Positions 36,571 through 49,528 of a DNA stretch of 64,000 nt are shown here, piece after piece. This DNA comes from Negaprion brevirostris (Eukaryota). Location of the stretch: assembly GCA_030324005.1 (NCBI GenBank), contig JARDVH010000042.1, positions 62,401,990-62,465,989 on the forward strand, in the 5' to 3' direction. Each line of letters starts with the position of its first letter. Within the stretch, counting starts at the first letter, position 1. Made by a program: the position numbers and the translations under genes. The notes beneath the pieces are model-generated. The model was not told the origin of the DNA. It did no database searches and worked only from the letters and a program-made list of their open reading frames with translations.

Positions 36571-38188
36571 ATTGAAGCAGTATTTCCGGCTGAATGGGAT
36601 TCCGAGAGTGGCGTGCTACAGTGGGGTCCACATTCCTGGGTTTAGTCGAGTCCTTGGCTTATTTTATATGAGCTTTAGTGGGAAGCTCGGAAGTGCAGGT
36701 CTTGCAGCCATGTGCGTCTGATAACCTCAAAGTGAAAGGCGCTGAATTGGTAACACAAGCCAGTGAAAAGATCCGATGTAAAAAAAACAGTCTTTCTGGC
36801 AGCTTGGCAAATCCATGGGATACAGGAATTAAAGGCTGATTTTATTTTCCTGTTGAGATTGCTGAAGTTTTAAATGCGCACACTTGAAAGCTGTGCTGCT
36901 GGAATGTAGCTGGTATGCTGTCCAGATTACAAATCATGGCTGTATCTTTGACAGCGGCTTGTGTGAAAAGTGGAAGTAACTTAGTCTTACTGAAACTGTG
37001 AGGCACTATTTGCTTTGGCTCATGCCTTGCATGAACCAGTTTAGTCAGGAAGAGAACTGAGTGGTGTTGTTTGGATTAACCAAGATGTCTAAACTTTGGA
37101 GGGGATCTGACAGTTTTTCACAGCTTGTTCAGTTGGTCGACAGGTATTGTGAATTATAGATGAAATATATATTAAGATTTAGGTTCAGCACTCACACAAA
37201 CTCGTATCTTGTGTACCATTCAGCTGATACTATTATACAGAGAGAGACGATCCTCCAAAAAATCATAAATTAAAAAACAATCATCTGTTGCCCTGTATTG
37301 ATCACGAACTAAGGTTTACACGGGGGCTTTGGATTTTAAGAGGCGGCAGAATGTTTACATGTAATTCATCTGTTGTGTTTTGTCATCAAATAAATCCTGC
37401 AGCAAGGAATCAGTTAAGATTTCTTACAAACCTTTCCTTTGCACTGTTATCTATTTTCGTGTCAAGACCTTTTATTCATTGATTTTGGAACTTCCAAATG
37501 GGGCTCCGTTCTACCTCGCTTTGCTGCTTCGAAGCCTAGAGGATGGAATTTTCTCTTATTAAAAAAGATTTCTTATGGCTAGACTAATTGTAAAGTTGCA
37601 TTTCCTGTCAACTGCCTCATTANNNNNNNNNNTGTCCAAATCGCTGAAGCTTGTTTGTAAAACAATTTATGAGCAGGGCGGTGCTTTGTGAACTGTGGGC
37701 TTCTTTCGAATCTCAGAATGGGAACTGAAAATGCTGGAAAGCCTCAGCGGGTTCAGACAGCGTCTGTGGAGATTGAAATAATGGCTCGGATTTTGAAGGA
37801 GTGTGAGATGGCAAGGGGCAGTGACAGTCTCTCTGGAACTGGCTGTAATTTCAGGGTATTGGGCATGCGTGCACCCTGTCACTCGGGATTTGAATACAAA
37901 CTGTGCTGAGAGTCAGAAAGCACTGGAATCATTGAGAATTGTTAGAATCTCCAAAAAAAAGGTTACACTGTTCAATCAGATGTAAATGGGCTTTTAACAG
38001 CAATGTGATTAATAAAATATGATGAACAACAGAACTGGCCCTGAAAGAGTAAATTTATACACTATTCATAAAGTGCTGCTTAAATAATTAATTAGTAGAT
38101 TTTTAGAAGTGATTTTATATTGTTGCTTTGTTTCCTGTTTGCGCTCTATGAAAGTCCTTTAATGTGATTGGCTGCTTGGACAGCCATG

Positions 38189-38255
38189 CCCCAGAACATT
38201 AACAGAGTTTCTGGAATATTAGACTAATGGTATCACCACTAAGCCATTGCCTCCC
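38189..38255 (-). mobile_element. Head fragment of a second tRNA-derived SINE family
   Basis: Reverse complement gggaggcaatggcttagtggt...taatgttctgggg matches 51411-51478. Confidence 0.65.
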
Positions 38256-38387
38256 TTGTTCATTGTTGGTCTCAGGCAGGAGTGGAGTTGACATCAGCTT
38301 CTGGGCCTACCAATTACACGCACACACCAAGGCAAAAATAAGACCAGGGTTTCTTTAGGCTTTGACACAGTTGATTGTGCCATTTTT

Positions 38388-38565
38388 CATGGTGGCACAG
38401 TGGTTAGCACTGCTACCTCACAGCGCCAGGGATTGGGTTCAATTCCGGCATTGGGTGACTGTCTGTGTGAGGTTTGCATGTTCTCCCGGTGTCTGCATGG
38501 GTTTCCTCCCACAGTCCAAAGATGTGCAGGTTAGGTGAATTGAACATGGCAAATTGCCCCTTCGT
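38388..38565 (+). mobile_element. V-SINE head and core lacking its tail
   Basis: ggtggcacagtggttagcactgctacctcacagcgccaggga...ggttcaattcc, V core to aaattgcccc. Confidence 0.85.
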
Positions 38566-38594
38566 ATCTCTGAATTGTCCCTTGGATAAACAGT

Positions 38595-39790
38595 CACCAC
38601 ATAAAGTTGACAAGGCAGTGGGACTGGATGAGATGCATCCAAGAATATTGAAGAAAGTGAGAATGGAAATTGTGGAGGCACTGGCTATAATCTTCCAGTC
38701 TCCTTTGCAGTCAGGGGTGGTATGGAAGGACTGGATAATTTCACAGGTTACAGCCTTGTACAAAAAAGATTGTAAGAATAGACCCAGAAATTACAGACCA
38801 GGCACTGGGGACGCTTCTAGAAATGAGTGCTCTGGATAGAATTAATTGTCACATGGAAAATTGTGGGTTGATTAATAAGAGCCAGAATGTATTCTTTGAT
38901 GGGAAAATTATGTTTAAGTAAGTTGTTGGAATCTTTTTGAAGAGGTAAAGAGATGGTTGATGCAGGTAATGCTGTTGATGTGGTGGTGTACATTGACTTT
39001 CAAAAGACATTCGATACAGTGCCACAACAGCAGACTTGTGAGATAAAGTACAGCTCATAGAATAAATGGGAGAGTAGCAATGTGGATACTAAATTGACTA
39101 AATAATAGGAAGCAGAGGGCGACGATCAATGGATATTTTTCAGGCTGAAGGTAGGTTTGTAGTGGAGTTCCTCAGGGTTCTGTATTGGAACTCTTGCTTT
39201 TCCTGATATATATTTTTTTAAATATACATATTAATGATCTAGATCTTGGTGAGTAGGGGGCAGTTTCAAAGTTTATGGACAGTTCTGGGTGCCACACTAT
39301 TGGAAGGATGTGAAGGCATTGGAGAGAGTGCAGAAGAGTTTTATAATAATGGTTCTAGGTATGAGAAGCTTCAGTTATGAGGATAGATTGGAGAAGAGAA
39401 GGTTAAGAGGAGATTTGCTGTAGATGTTCAAAATAATGAGGGGGCTTAACAGCGTAGATTGGGAGAAACTTTCTGCTTGTAAAAGGATCGAGAAGAGAGG
39501 GCACATATTTAAGATGATTTGCAAAAGAAGCAAATGCGATGTGAGAAAAGCCCTTTTCACACAGTGAGCATTTCGGGTCTGGAATGCATGTCTGGAAGCC
39601 TGGTGGATGCAGGTTCAATTGAGGCATTCAAGAGGCCATTAAATGTTATTTGAATAAAAACAATGCAGAGAGGTACAGGGAAAAGGTAGGGGAATGGCAC
39701 TAAGTTATCATGCTCTTCAGAGAGCTGGTGCAGGTACGATGGGCAGAATGGCCTCCTTCTGCACCATAACAATTGTGTAGTTCTGTGATT
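38595..39790 (+). mobile_element. CR1 LINE (HER1-like) reverse-transcriptase fragment with 3' tail, internally deleted
   Basis: KVDKAVGLDEMHPRILKKVRMEIVEALAIIFQSPLQSGVVWKDW...NYRP, YIDFQKTFDTVP and SGVPQGSVL motifs; jump near 39280; tail gaatggcctccttctgcacc. Confidence 0.9.
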
Positions 39791-40029
39791 TGAGCATCAG
39801 CCCTAATATCTCCCTGTGTGATGGTTTTCTAATGAAAAGGGGCTAAAAACAAGTTGCTGTATCACCGTTGTTCTGGAGCTTTGCATGTGGAGCATCTTCC
39901 CAATCTGATAAAATAAGCACTGATAAACCAGTGCAAGCCTGGCTTGAGATGCTACAGCTGTGACCTTAAATGGTTTGTGGAATGACATGAACCCACCCCC
40001 CTCCAGCAGAAATACACATGCTTTCTGTC

Positions 40030-40290
40030 CAGTAAACAGTGTTGTATACTGGGGTATGATTGGACTGGAGCTAACAGATATAACTCAGCCAAATATCCAT
40101 CTTCATTTGTGGGTAGCCATTGATGACAGCAGCTGACTCATCAATGGGGGAAACACAACCGGATCCTCTCTACAGATATCCAGTTTCTAGTAAGAGTCAC
40201 TCGATAATGATCAGGAGCAGAAGCCGTGGCTCATTCCCTATGCAGCTCAGGATTACTGTTTCCAGCTGAGCCTAGCAAGGTCAGTGTTGA
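40030..40290 (-). mobile_element. Old SINE-like repeat (same family as 21645)
   Basis: atcaggagcagaagccgtggctcattccc shared with ~60730 and, inverted, with ~21795. Confidence 0.4.
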
Positions 40291-43200
40291 CTCTGGGTCA
40301 CCGTATGTGGCATGTTTTATAATACCCTTTCTAATGATACCACTTCGGGCTAAAGGAAAAGTTGTAGGCTGTAAACAGCTATTAAATACATGAAACATTT
40401 CAATATTCAATCAACATCCTGGTCGCGGGGGCGAGTTTCAAACCCTATTGGGCCGTGAAGGTGCAAAAGGCGTTGGACTGCCGAGGAAAGGATATATCCT
40501 GAAAGACATGAGAAGATAGTGCATGATCCTTTGCCTTTTGAGTCATCTAGGTTTGCCGGGGACGAACACATCTATTAAAAGAGAGCATGGTATGCGTGGC
40601 TGAGCTTATTGGACTTTATCCTGTATTAAATGATCTCAGTGGGGCAGGAGAGCATACGAGCATTTAGTTGCTGTGGGGGAGGATAACAATAAGGTTTTGA
40701 GGCTGCTGTACCAGTCTAGACAAGAAAGTGACAGGAAATGAGCTACAGAAAATGTTTTGGTATCCCTGAGGCAGATTCTTTGAGAACTGCTGTCTTCTTG
40801 CAGTGCGAGTGAAGTCTTTTGTGAAAGCAGCCTCCATCTGCACGAACAGTTTGAAGGCAGCAAAGCTGATCATTTGTTTTCAGTTTTACAGAGGGCTTTA
40901 AAAAGCTTTGTATGATTGGGCTCGGTTATCCTAGTGACCATTTTGGAACCCCTTGATCTTGATTCAGTGTGTGGAATATTTCCGACTGCATGTAGGAGCT
41001 GGATGCAGAATTCCGTACATCCCTTGTAGTCAGACTCCTTATTGTCTGGATGAGTGTTAACTGAACTCCTTTACCTTCACAGGGATTTCACCCTGGCTGG
41101 GGAAAGAGGGCCATCTGATTGACGGAGGTGTAGTTCTTCATAATTAAAAGGGGTATTACAATCCTTGGANNNNNNNNNNNNNNNNNNNNNNNNNNNNNNN
41201 NNNNNNNNNNNNNNNNNNNNNNNNNNNNNNNNNNNNNNNNNNNNNNNNNNNNNNNNNNNNNNNNNNNNNNNNNNNNNNNNNNNNNNNNNNNNNNNNNNNN
41301 NNNNNNNNNNNNNNNNNNNNNNNNNNNNNNNNNNNNNNNNNNNNNNNNNNNNNNNNNNNNNNNNNNNNNNNNNNNNNNNNNNNNNNNNNNNNNNNNNNNN
41401 NNNNNNNNNNNNNNNNNNNNNNNNNNNNNNNNNNNNNNNNNNNNNNNNNNNNNNNNNNNNNNNNNNNNNNNNNNNNNNNNNNNNNNNNNNNNNNNNNNNN
41501 NNNNNNNNNNNNNNNNNNNNNNNNNNNNNNNNNNCCCCAATCCTGGGCTCCTTGGTGTAGTTCCAGCAGTGGCCACTGGTACTGAAAGGACTACAGATCC
41601 CTTGGCCACCTGATAGGCTGGCAGCTCTCTTTAGGTGGGACTTCCTCCAGAGATAGGGGTGAAGTCTTGCCTGAAAGCAATTAACGGCTTCTTCCCACGT
41701 TAAATTACAATGGAACGTTCCGCCCAACCTTTCAACTGACAGGGGCCAGGACACAGGGAGTATGGTGTCCTGGAAAACCCAGCTCCAGTTATCCTTTCAG
41801 CTTAAGCTAGCCAGAAAAAGGACATGCGTGGGTGAGAGGCCTATAGATAAAAATGGTGAAAAGTGCAAAGAGTTGTTAATATAAAAACCAAAATCTGTGT
41901 TCACAGCAGGGCTGTTGTGAAGAATAATTCACTGAAAACTGAGATTGGTTTCTTTCTTCTATGGATAAAAAGGGCAATTATTTGACTATTAATGAAATGA
42001 GCTCAGACAAAGGAAGAGCAGGCCTTTTGAACAACTTGAGTTCTTGCAGTTGTGACGGGTTACCCTGAGTGACAGTGACTCCTGTGCTAGATGGTGCCTT
42101 TGTCGATTTTTACTGCCTCCCGGAGCCAGAGAGAAATGTGTGTGAATAATCCGTTCCAGGCAGTTGTATGCCGACCAACTTGATCTTTCGTCCAGTACCA
42201 GTGTTTCATTCCCGGTTTGCATTTTGCAATTGCTGCGTTGGCAAAGCTTTGTTCCCAGAAGCAAACAACACGCCGTGATTATATTGGCAGTTTCTGGCAG
42301 AATGGAAGACAAGGCTTTACTCCCTTGCAATTTCAGTTAAGAAACCACAGTGACAGATTTTGGCAACTCCAATAGATTATACTGGCAGTGCACATTTAAA
42401 CTTGCGCCTTTGAGAATCTACATATACACACAGGACACCATAAAGACAATTTGAATCATCTTATCGACAGGTATATTTCAACAACTCAGTGAAGACACAG
42501 GGGGACACTAGTTTCCGCTCTGTTGTCAGTTACAATCCAGGAAGAATTCTCTAATCATTCCAGACATGAGGAGCCGGCTTGTTGATGTTTTTGAAGCCAT
42601 GGTTTTTCCCTGTCTGTCCAATAGCCAGGATGTGAATGGGTTAAGGTGGGACGATCATTCCCTTTCTTAGAATTGTGGAAACTCTCTGTTGCCATTAACG
42701 TCAAGAGAGTCAACATGGGCTGGAGCTGACCTGTGTGAACCAAATCTTTTAGAACGTGCTCAAGTGTACTTGGTCCCAGTGCATGCATATTGTCTGCAGC
42801 AGCAGCACCAAGTGAATGCTGCCACCATTGTCCTGAGTTTAATTGATGTTGTTTTGAGGCTGGGGACACAAAGGGTATGGTTTTTGGCTTTGTGTGGGCC
42901 ACTGCCTGTCCAACAGTACCCAGCAGAGACCCAAACCAATTCTTCTGACCGAGCCTTATTACAATACCTTTGACAAAATGCTACTGGTCTCTAAGNNNNN
43001 NNNNNNCTGATTGAAGAATGTGGGTGGGGAGGGGAGGGGGGGGGGGATCAGAGAGCCATGCCCTAAAATAGACACTTTAAAGGAGGTGGTGGGTGGGGGG
43101 GGTGTGGGGGTGGGGGGTCAGAATGAGTGGCTGGGGCCGGGGGTGGGGTAGATTTTTGTGAAGTGGGGAGGAGCTTTTGGAACAAGCTGGAGTGGTTCCT

Positions 43201-44009
43201 TTATGGATACAGTCTTTCGTCCATCGGCTGTACAAACCAGCTGTGAGATACAGCAGGACCCCAGTTTAAATGTTACAGTAAGGCCCATGCCTCTTGCAGT
43301 TGATAAAGCTCAGGCAGCCCAATGTTTGAAAAACAAGTCAGCCAGACCTTGGGCATTAACAAATTCTCTGTCCATCTATTGTAACAGCTTTGCACTTGGG
43401 CACACAGAAATCTCCTTCACCAGAGCCTGACACAGTATTGCTCACGGGATCAGTTTCAGCCTACACCTTTATCAGCTAGAGAAAGGAATGCACCATCTCG
43501 CGTGCCAATTAAGTTGTTAGTTAAACTCTTTTCACGAACAGTGCAGTGGCTGCCAACTTTCAGAGCGGCACCTGCGATTGGCAGTAATGTAATTTCCAAT
43601 TGCATTACTCGAGTGACTGTTTCTAAAACAAAAATCAAGCTATAACACCCAACACGTGTTTCAACATGGAACTAGTAAATGTTTGTTAGCTTGAGGACAG
43701 ATAAAAACATGCTCTGAATATAAAACACCATCTTTGACCAGTTCAGTAATGTTAAGAGCAATTACAGTCTGTAACCTGAAAATCTGGACTCTCTTTATTG
43801 GCTGCTGGCAGACCAGTTGCTTATGAATCAGAAGATTCACTGTCTTATTACACAAGACAAAACAGCAAGGTCACCTAGCAACTGAGTGCATCAACTTCCT
43901 TTCTTATTAGTGCAATGGGATCAAATTCCACAACTCATGTTCTGTCAATGACCTTTACTTTCTGTACATTTCTTTCCTAATGTCTTTCATCATTACCACC
44001 ATATAGTCA

Positions 44010-44301
44010 GGGCACGGTGGCACAGTGGTTAGCATTGTTGCCTCACAGTGCTAGGGACTCGGGTTCAATTCCAGCCTCAGGTCACTCTCTGTGTAGAGTC
44101 TGCACGTTCTCCCCATGTCTGCGTGGTTCTCCTCCGGGTGCTCTGGTTTCCGAAAGCTAGGCGCATTGGCCATGCTAAATTCTCCCTCAGTATACCCAAA
44201 CAGGCGCCTGAGTGTGGCAACTAGGAGATTCTCACAGTAACTTCATGGCAGTGCTAATGTAAGCCTGCTTGTGACTAATAAATAAACTTTAATCTTTAAT
44301 C
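44010..44301 (+). mobile_element. V-SINE variant with alternative tail, full length
   Basis: Standard head and core, then ctcacagtaacttcatggcagtgctaatgtaagcctgcttgtgactaataaataaacttt. Confidence 0.85.
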
Positions 44302-46220
44302 AACTGAAAATATATAGTGAGGTGGTACACAAATGCAGATTGGAGTTAGAAAACTGATATTTAGTGTAGGATAAGTGGTGTTTGGTAACACCAGCAGGTG
44401 GTCCTGGAATTTGCCAGTGCTAAACTGGGTTGCTTTGGTTTAGTGACGGGACAAGGCTCAGTAGAAAGCAGGAGGAACTTGAGGTTGGAATGAAGAGGTT
44501 GCAGGTGGATGCCTGAGAGTTCCACTGGGAGGGCTCTTGTGGAGCTTCACTGGCAGATTGGTGCAAGCCCCATGCCATTTCAGGGCTCCAATGTCTTGTT
44601 TTCAATGAGGAGAGGGACAAAGTATGGCTGCACTGCTGATCACCATCTTCAGAAGGACTGTTCAGGATGGACAATAAACACTGGCTTTGGCAGTGTTGTG
44701 CACAACCAAAAATAAATATATAGAGTAGGNNNNNNNNNNNNNNNNNNNNNNNNNNNNNNNNNNNNNNNNNNNNNNNNNNNNNNNNNNNNNNNNNNNNNNN
44801 NNNNNNNNNNNNNNNNNNNNNNNNNNNNNAATATATAGAGTAGGGGTGAGAATGTCTCAAGCCTGGTACCAGTGGTGTTCAATTTTCTAAGAGGTCTCTG
44901 TGAACAGAATAGTTGATGTTTTGTACTTAGTACTTGAAAGTATGTCTCTGTTTCTGTCTCGATCACTCATTCTTATAGGTGCCAGTAATTAGAGCACGTA
45001 TTTTCTAACAACTAACAAAATACAGATGATAACTTGGTGATAATTCAAAACTTTATTCATTTATTGAATTTGAATGTCACTGATAAGGCTAGCGCCTATC
45101 CAAGTGTACCTTGAGGAAGTTGTACCTTGAACAGCTGTAGCCTGTGCGGTGAAGGTACTCGTACTGTAAAGGGACCTAGAATTTGGAGCCAAAGATGGAT
45201 GTCAAAAAAGTCCAAATCAGAATGGGATGTGAATTGTTTCCTTTACTTCAGCTGCTTTGTGTTTTCAAAAAATATTTCAAATAAGGATGAGGAAAGATCC
45301 TCTTTATGTTTGTCTTGATCATTCTTTGCCTCACCTCACTTTCTGACCCTTGTGATCTCTGTTTCATTACTGCAATTCAGCTTTTACCTTCTCCAACTAT
45401 AAACAAAATCGTATTAGGCTTTTCTGTTTTCTCTTACAGTTTGTGATTTTTTTTTGAAAAAAAGGATCTTAGGTAAAGATGAGACAAGATAGTGATTTTC
45501 AATGGTCGAGGACAGGAGTGGGAAGGTTTTAAAGGTATTATTAGCTACATGGCCATTTGGCCCAACCAGTGCTGGTGTTTCTGGGACATGTTGAAATGTT
45601 CAAAGTGAGGCTGCTGATGTGGAGTAGGCAATGCCTCCTGCTCCTTGGGGATTTTGTCAGTGAGCCAGGGAGGGCAGGAAGATGGTTCTCAAATTCCAAC
45701 TGATTGAACTTGAGCAGTCTGATGCACACTCGTGCCCAGCTATCAGGCCCAATCCAGGGAACAATGCAGTAATTTCCTTCAAATGGGGAAATTTTTGTCA
45801 AGATAGATCCTTGTTCCAGATCAGTCTTTCATTTGGCTGTTTGACCCCATTTGTATCTGGTGAGGGTGCTGACCTTCCTATTTGCTACATTCTCTTTTCT
45901 GCGACCCCATCATGACTGCCAACTGCCTTCGTCATTTGTGCTCTGTGAGCAGCTCCTGGTGATGCCTTGTGCCGTTACTGAGATGCCAAGCTTGTCGCCA
46001 GCCCAATTAGGACATTTGCATTTGACAATTGCGTTGAATAAATGACACAGACACCGCGCCGAGTCAGAACCACTAAATTATCTGGGCGATGGAACCCAAC
46101 GCTGGGTTAGAAATCTAGCTCACTGTTTGGCCTTTTTCAGCTTAATATGCTTTCTGAAAATTTATAGCTTTTATAATTAACAAAAGCCCAGTACAGTCCT
46201 TCAACTTGTACTTCCCAAAT

Positions 46221-46377
46221 GGGGGAAATTCTCCCATCCCGCCTGCCATGAGACTCATAGCAGGCAGGACTGGGGTGGGGGGGTGAACACCATGCAAAGA
46301 TCCATTGACCTTGTTGGGGGGGGCCGGAGGGGGGAATTCTCTGGTTTTGGGGCGGGCACGGCCAGAGAATCCCACCC
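46221..46377. mobile_element. MITE
   Basis: gggggaaattctc ... gagaatcccaccc imperfect TIRs; size similar to the 35352 element. Confidence 0.6.
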
Positions 46378-46404
46378 AAAATCTCCTATTGATTTTGAAA
46401 TGAC

Positions 46405-46531
46405 GGCCGGAATTTTACCACCCACCCTGCCACAGGAATCGGAGCGGGCGAGAGACGGACAATTGGAAGGTCTGTTGACCTTCGCTGGGATTTTATGGTT
46501 TCAGGACGAGCGAGGCTGTAAAATCCCGCCT
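46405..46531. mobile_element. MITE
   Basis: ggccggaattttac ... gtaaaatcccgcct imperfect TIRs. Confidence 0.6.
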
Positions 46532-47284
46532 GATGCTTTTCAAAATTTGCACTATGACCTTGTAATAATTGTGAAAACAACCAAATAGAGATTGGTGGAG
46601 AATGAGAGCAAAGCATTTTGTCATCTGGAAAGCTGAATTGTTTCTGGTGAATCTTTGGAAATGTCGTGCACTCTTCATGCTCAGACTACAGTTATCACTC
46701 TTTCACTCACCATTCTGAGCAAAAGCTGTGAAAGCTCAGGTTTTGGAAGAGGATAATGCCTACAATTAAAAGGATTTAATGAGATTATTAGAAAGCAAAA
46801 AATTGATGCATTTAATCATCTTATTGTGAAATAAATATTTTAAATTTCTGAGCAAATTCTTCCAAGAAGCATTATCAGTGATTTAATTGGCCAATAACAA
46901 TGTGATTTTGAAATGTTTACAAAGGACTTTTCTTTTATTAAGTGTGTTCAGAGGGAAAACGTGGAATTATAATAGGTTAATATTCTCAACGTTTTTGAAC
47001 AAATCCCTAACAAAAGTAAACATGAAGTTACCATCCTAAATATTGCTATGGAAAGTGTTACACAAAGTAACATTTGTGGACAGGAAATTCAGATTACATG
47101 AATGTATTTTAATAATTTATAGATATTTATGGGCTATACCAAAGTATTGACTGTGTGACGTTCAATTTAATTGAGTGTGACCTTATTGGTTAAGTGACAA
47201 AATATCAACGTAGTACGTATTGTCTTCGCTCAAATTAACAAATTAATGTGCACTTCCCCTCTGCATTCCTTTTTTATGAACAAG

Positions 47285-47973
47285 GGCCTGATGTTGGTCG
47301 TTTGGGAGGAGAGTTAGTGCAGAATGCATCCCTGCTGACTCTGACCCACCCATGGCTATTTTACACTCAACGTGAACATTGATTGACAGTGGGGATGGGA
47401 GCTCGGGGACGGTGGGGGGGATTGGTTTTTGTCCACACTAGGAAGGGAGTCCTGTCTTGAAGACCTGACACCCAATCAGATTGGCGGACAGCCCATCCAA
47501 GTGCAATGCTGCATTGGCTGGAAGAGGCACTACAGCGCCGTGCCTGGGACTAAGTGACGGCAGTCAGTATGCAGGGAGGTGGCCGAGGTCCCCAGGGACA
47601 GTAGAGAATGCAATAGGAGATTAGCATGGGGAGGGGGGGGTGGAGGTGCGGGTAGGGCATTGAGTAATAGGAGAATAGAGCAGGGAAGGGAAATCTGGAT
47701 GCATCAGGTCCATGAGGAGAGGCCACCCTCCCAGTCAGAAGATGGCCTACAATGTCCTGAACACGCCTCCCTTTCACCTTTCCCTCCCAAGATCGAGGAT
47801 CTGAAGTGGCCCCTTAACGGCCTTAATAAGAGCAAGGGCAAGCGTCCGGCCTGAGGCCCTACCTACCCAACTGTGCTCGGGGAGGATGGAATATAGGAAG
47901 GAATCCCATCCATCCTATTTCATGCTCCCCCTCTGCCTCAAAGTTTGGGAGGGGGGAGTGTAAAATTCAGGCC
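47285..47973. mobile_element. Longer GC-rich non-autonomous element
   Basis: Ends ggcctga / gtaaaattcaggcc; GC-rich island in an AT-rich intron. Confidence 0.45.
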
Positions 47974-48638
47974 GAGAATGCCTAAAGATCAAGTTGCTTT
48001 AAAGATTATTGTTAGTCACATGTTTTTCAGAAGGCTGTTCTATTTTTGTTGGATATCTTGGATTGCACTTTTCTGACAGTGAATGATTATCCTTTTATTT
48101 AAACCTAATTCATATCCTGCTTTAGGCCTGAGGTCAGTCATGAAAATAAACATTTTAATTGTTCATGCCTCAGTGACTTGCAGCTCTTCACTGTTTACAC
48201 TGCTGTCCACTGATGTTGGCACCAACAGTCATGTGAATTGCTATTTGGACAAACATGCTTTGTAAGAATTTTTAAGAACAGGATGTTCAGTATCTCAGCT
48301 TCCCTGTTTAAAAAAGACATTTAAGAAACTTTATTTTACATGTGTAAGTAATTAAAACTGAAGTGCACGGTGAGCCTGCACATTAATTCCGCTTGATCAA
48401 ACCCCCAATCCAGAGGACTTGTCTGAATATCCTGTTCCTTGGTGATAATTCAATCATTGTTTTGTAAAATAATTCCTTTCCAAACGCCTCCCGTTCCACA
48501 GAGCTGAGGAAGCCAGGCTAAGGGGTGNNNNNNNNNNGCCAGCTGCTGATAAAATGTGTCAGACTGTGGAGTGGTCTGGGGCTGGCTTTTACGCTTCTCT
48601 GCAGCTGTTTGGAAGGTATGAGGGAGGGGGCGGATTAT

Positions 48639-48772
48639 TTTGATTTGATTTGATTTATTATTGTCACACGTATTAGTATGCAGTGAAAAGTATTGTTTCT
48701 TGCGTGCTACACAGACAAAGCATACCATTCATAGAGAAGGAAAGGAGAGAGTGCAGAATGTAATGTTACAGT
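48639..48772 (-). mobile_element. Rex1/Babar-type LINE 3' end
   Basis: Near-identical to 18827-18952, with a (gattt)n tail. Confidence 0.85.
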
Positions 48773-48899
48773 GAAAGAGTTAGAATGAAATTTCAGGAGC
48801 ATAGAATGAGAGTAAAAGATAGAATTAGAAGGTTTGCTGGGCACCTCTTGCAAGATGTCGCCTCGCTCCGGTGCCATCTTGGATAAAGATTCAAAAGAT

Positions 48900-49528
48900 T
48901 ATAGTGAGTGACCTTTCTGCTGCCTTCTTGCCCGTCTCCAACCTGTCTGAAACTTTACAGGTAGTGATGGAGGTGCAGAAGGCCTGTTGAGGCTCTTAAG
49001 TGGCCAATTAGTGAACACTTTCAGGTTCCATTCTGCCTCAGTATTGTATCGTGGCGGGAGAGGTCCATGCCACACGGGAAGTACAACAGCATGAGCTGGT
49101 GTCAGGCAAGGAGTTGGGGGTTGGTTCCTTTGCAGGTCCCCAATGCCCATCGAAGGTGCCCGCCCATTCAGATCACACTTGCCCCTTCCCCAACCTCTGA
49201 GACCTGCTTCTGCTCCCTCACCCCCTCCCCGCCACCCCTCCTTCACCATCCTCGCTGTGGCCTGCCATCCTGATGCCGCTCCAGCAACAGTCTCCATTGG
49301 GGACTGCCTGTATTCCCAGAAGTGGCCACTGCTCCCACCTGGCACTGCTGGGACCACAGAGCTGCCCAGTGAGCAGGGCCTTCTGACCCCAGGGGTGAAA
49401 ATCCAGTCTGCAGCAGACAACTGACCATCAAGTGACAGCGGGGCAGCTGTACCTCCCCTGGGAGGTCTCCCCATTGCCGTTTCAGTCTGGGGACATGGGA
49501 CTGCAGCATCCCATAAAATCCAGTCTGT
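48900..49528. mobile_element. Longer GC-rich non-autonomous element
   Basis: Ends cataaaatccagtc; shares agtggccactg...ggaccacagagctgcc with 41560-41630. Confidence 0.45.

Noticed and set aside
43021-43150. G-run cluster able to form G-quadruplexes (also 34326-34352)
   Set aside because: Low-complexity sequence beside assembly gaps; no evidence of function.
44010-44085. tRNA-like sequences with A and B boxes
   Set aside because: They are SINE heads followed by V-domain cores, not tRNA genes.
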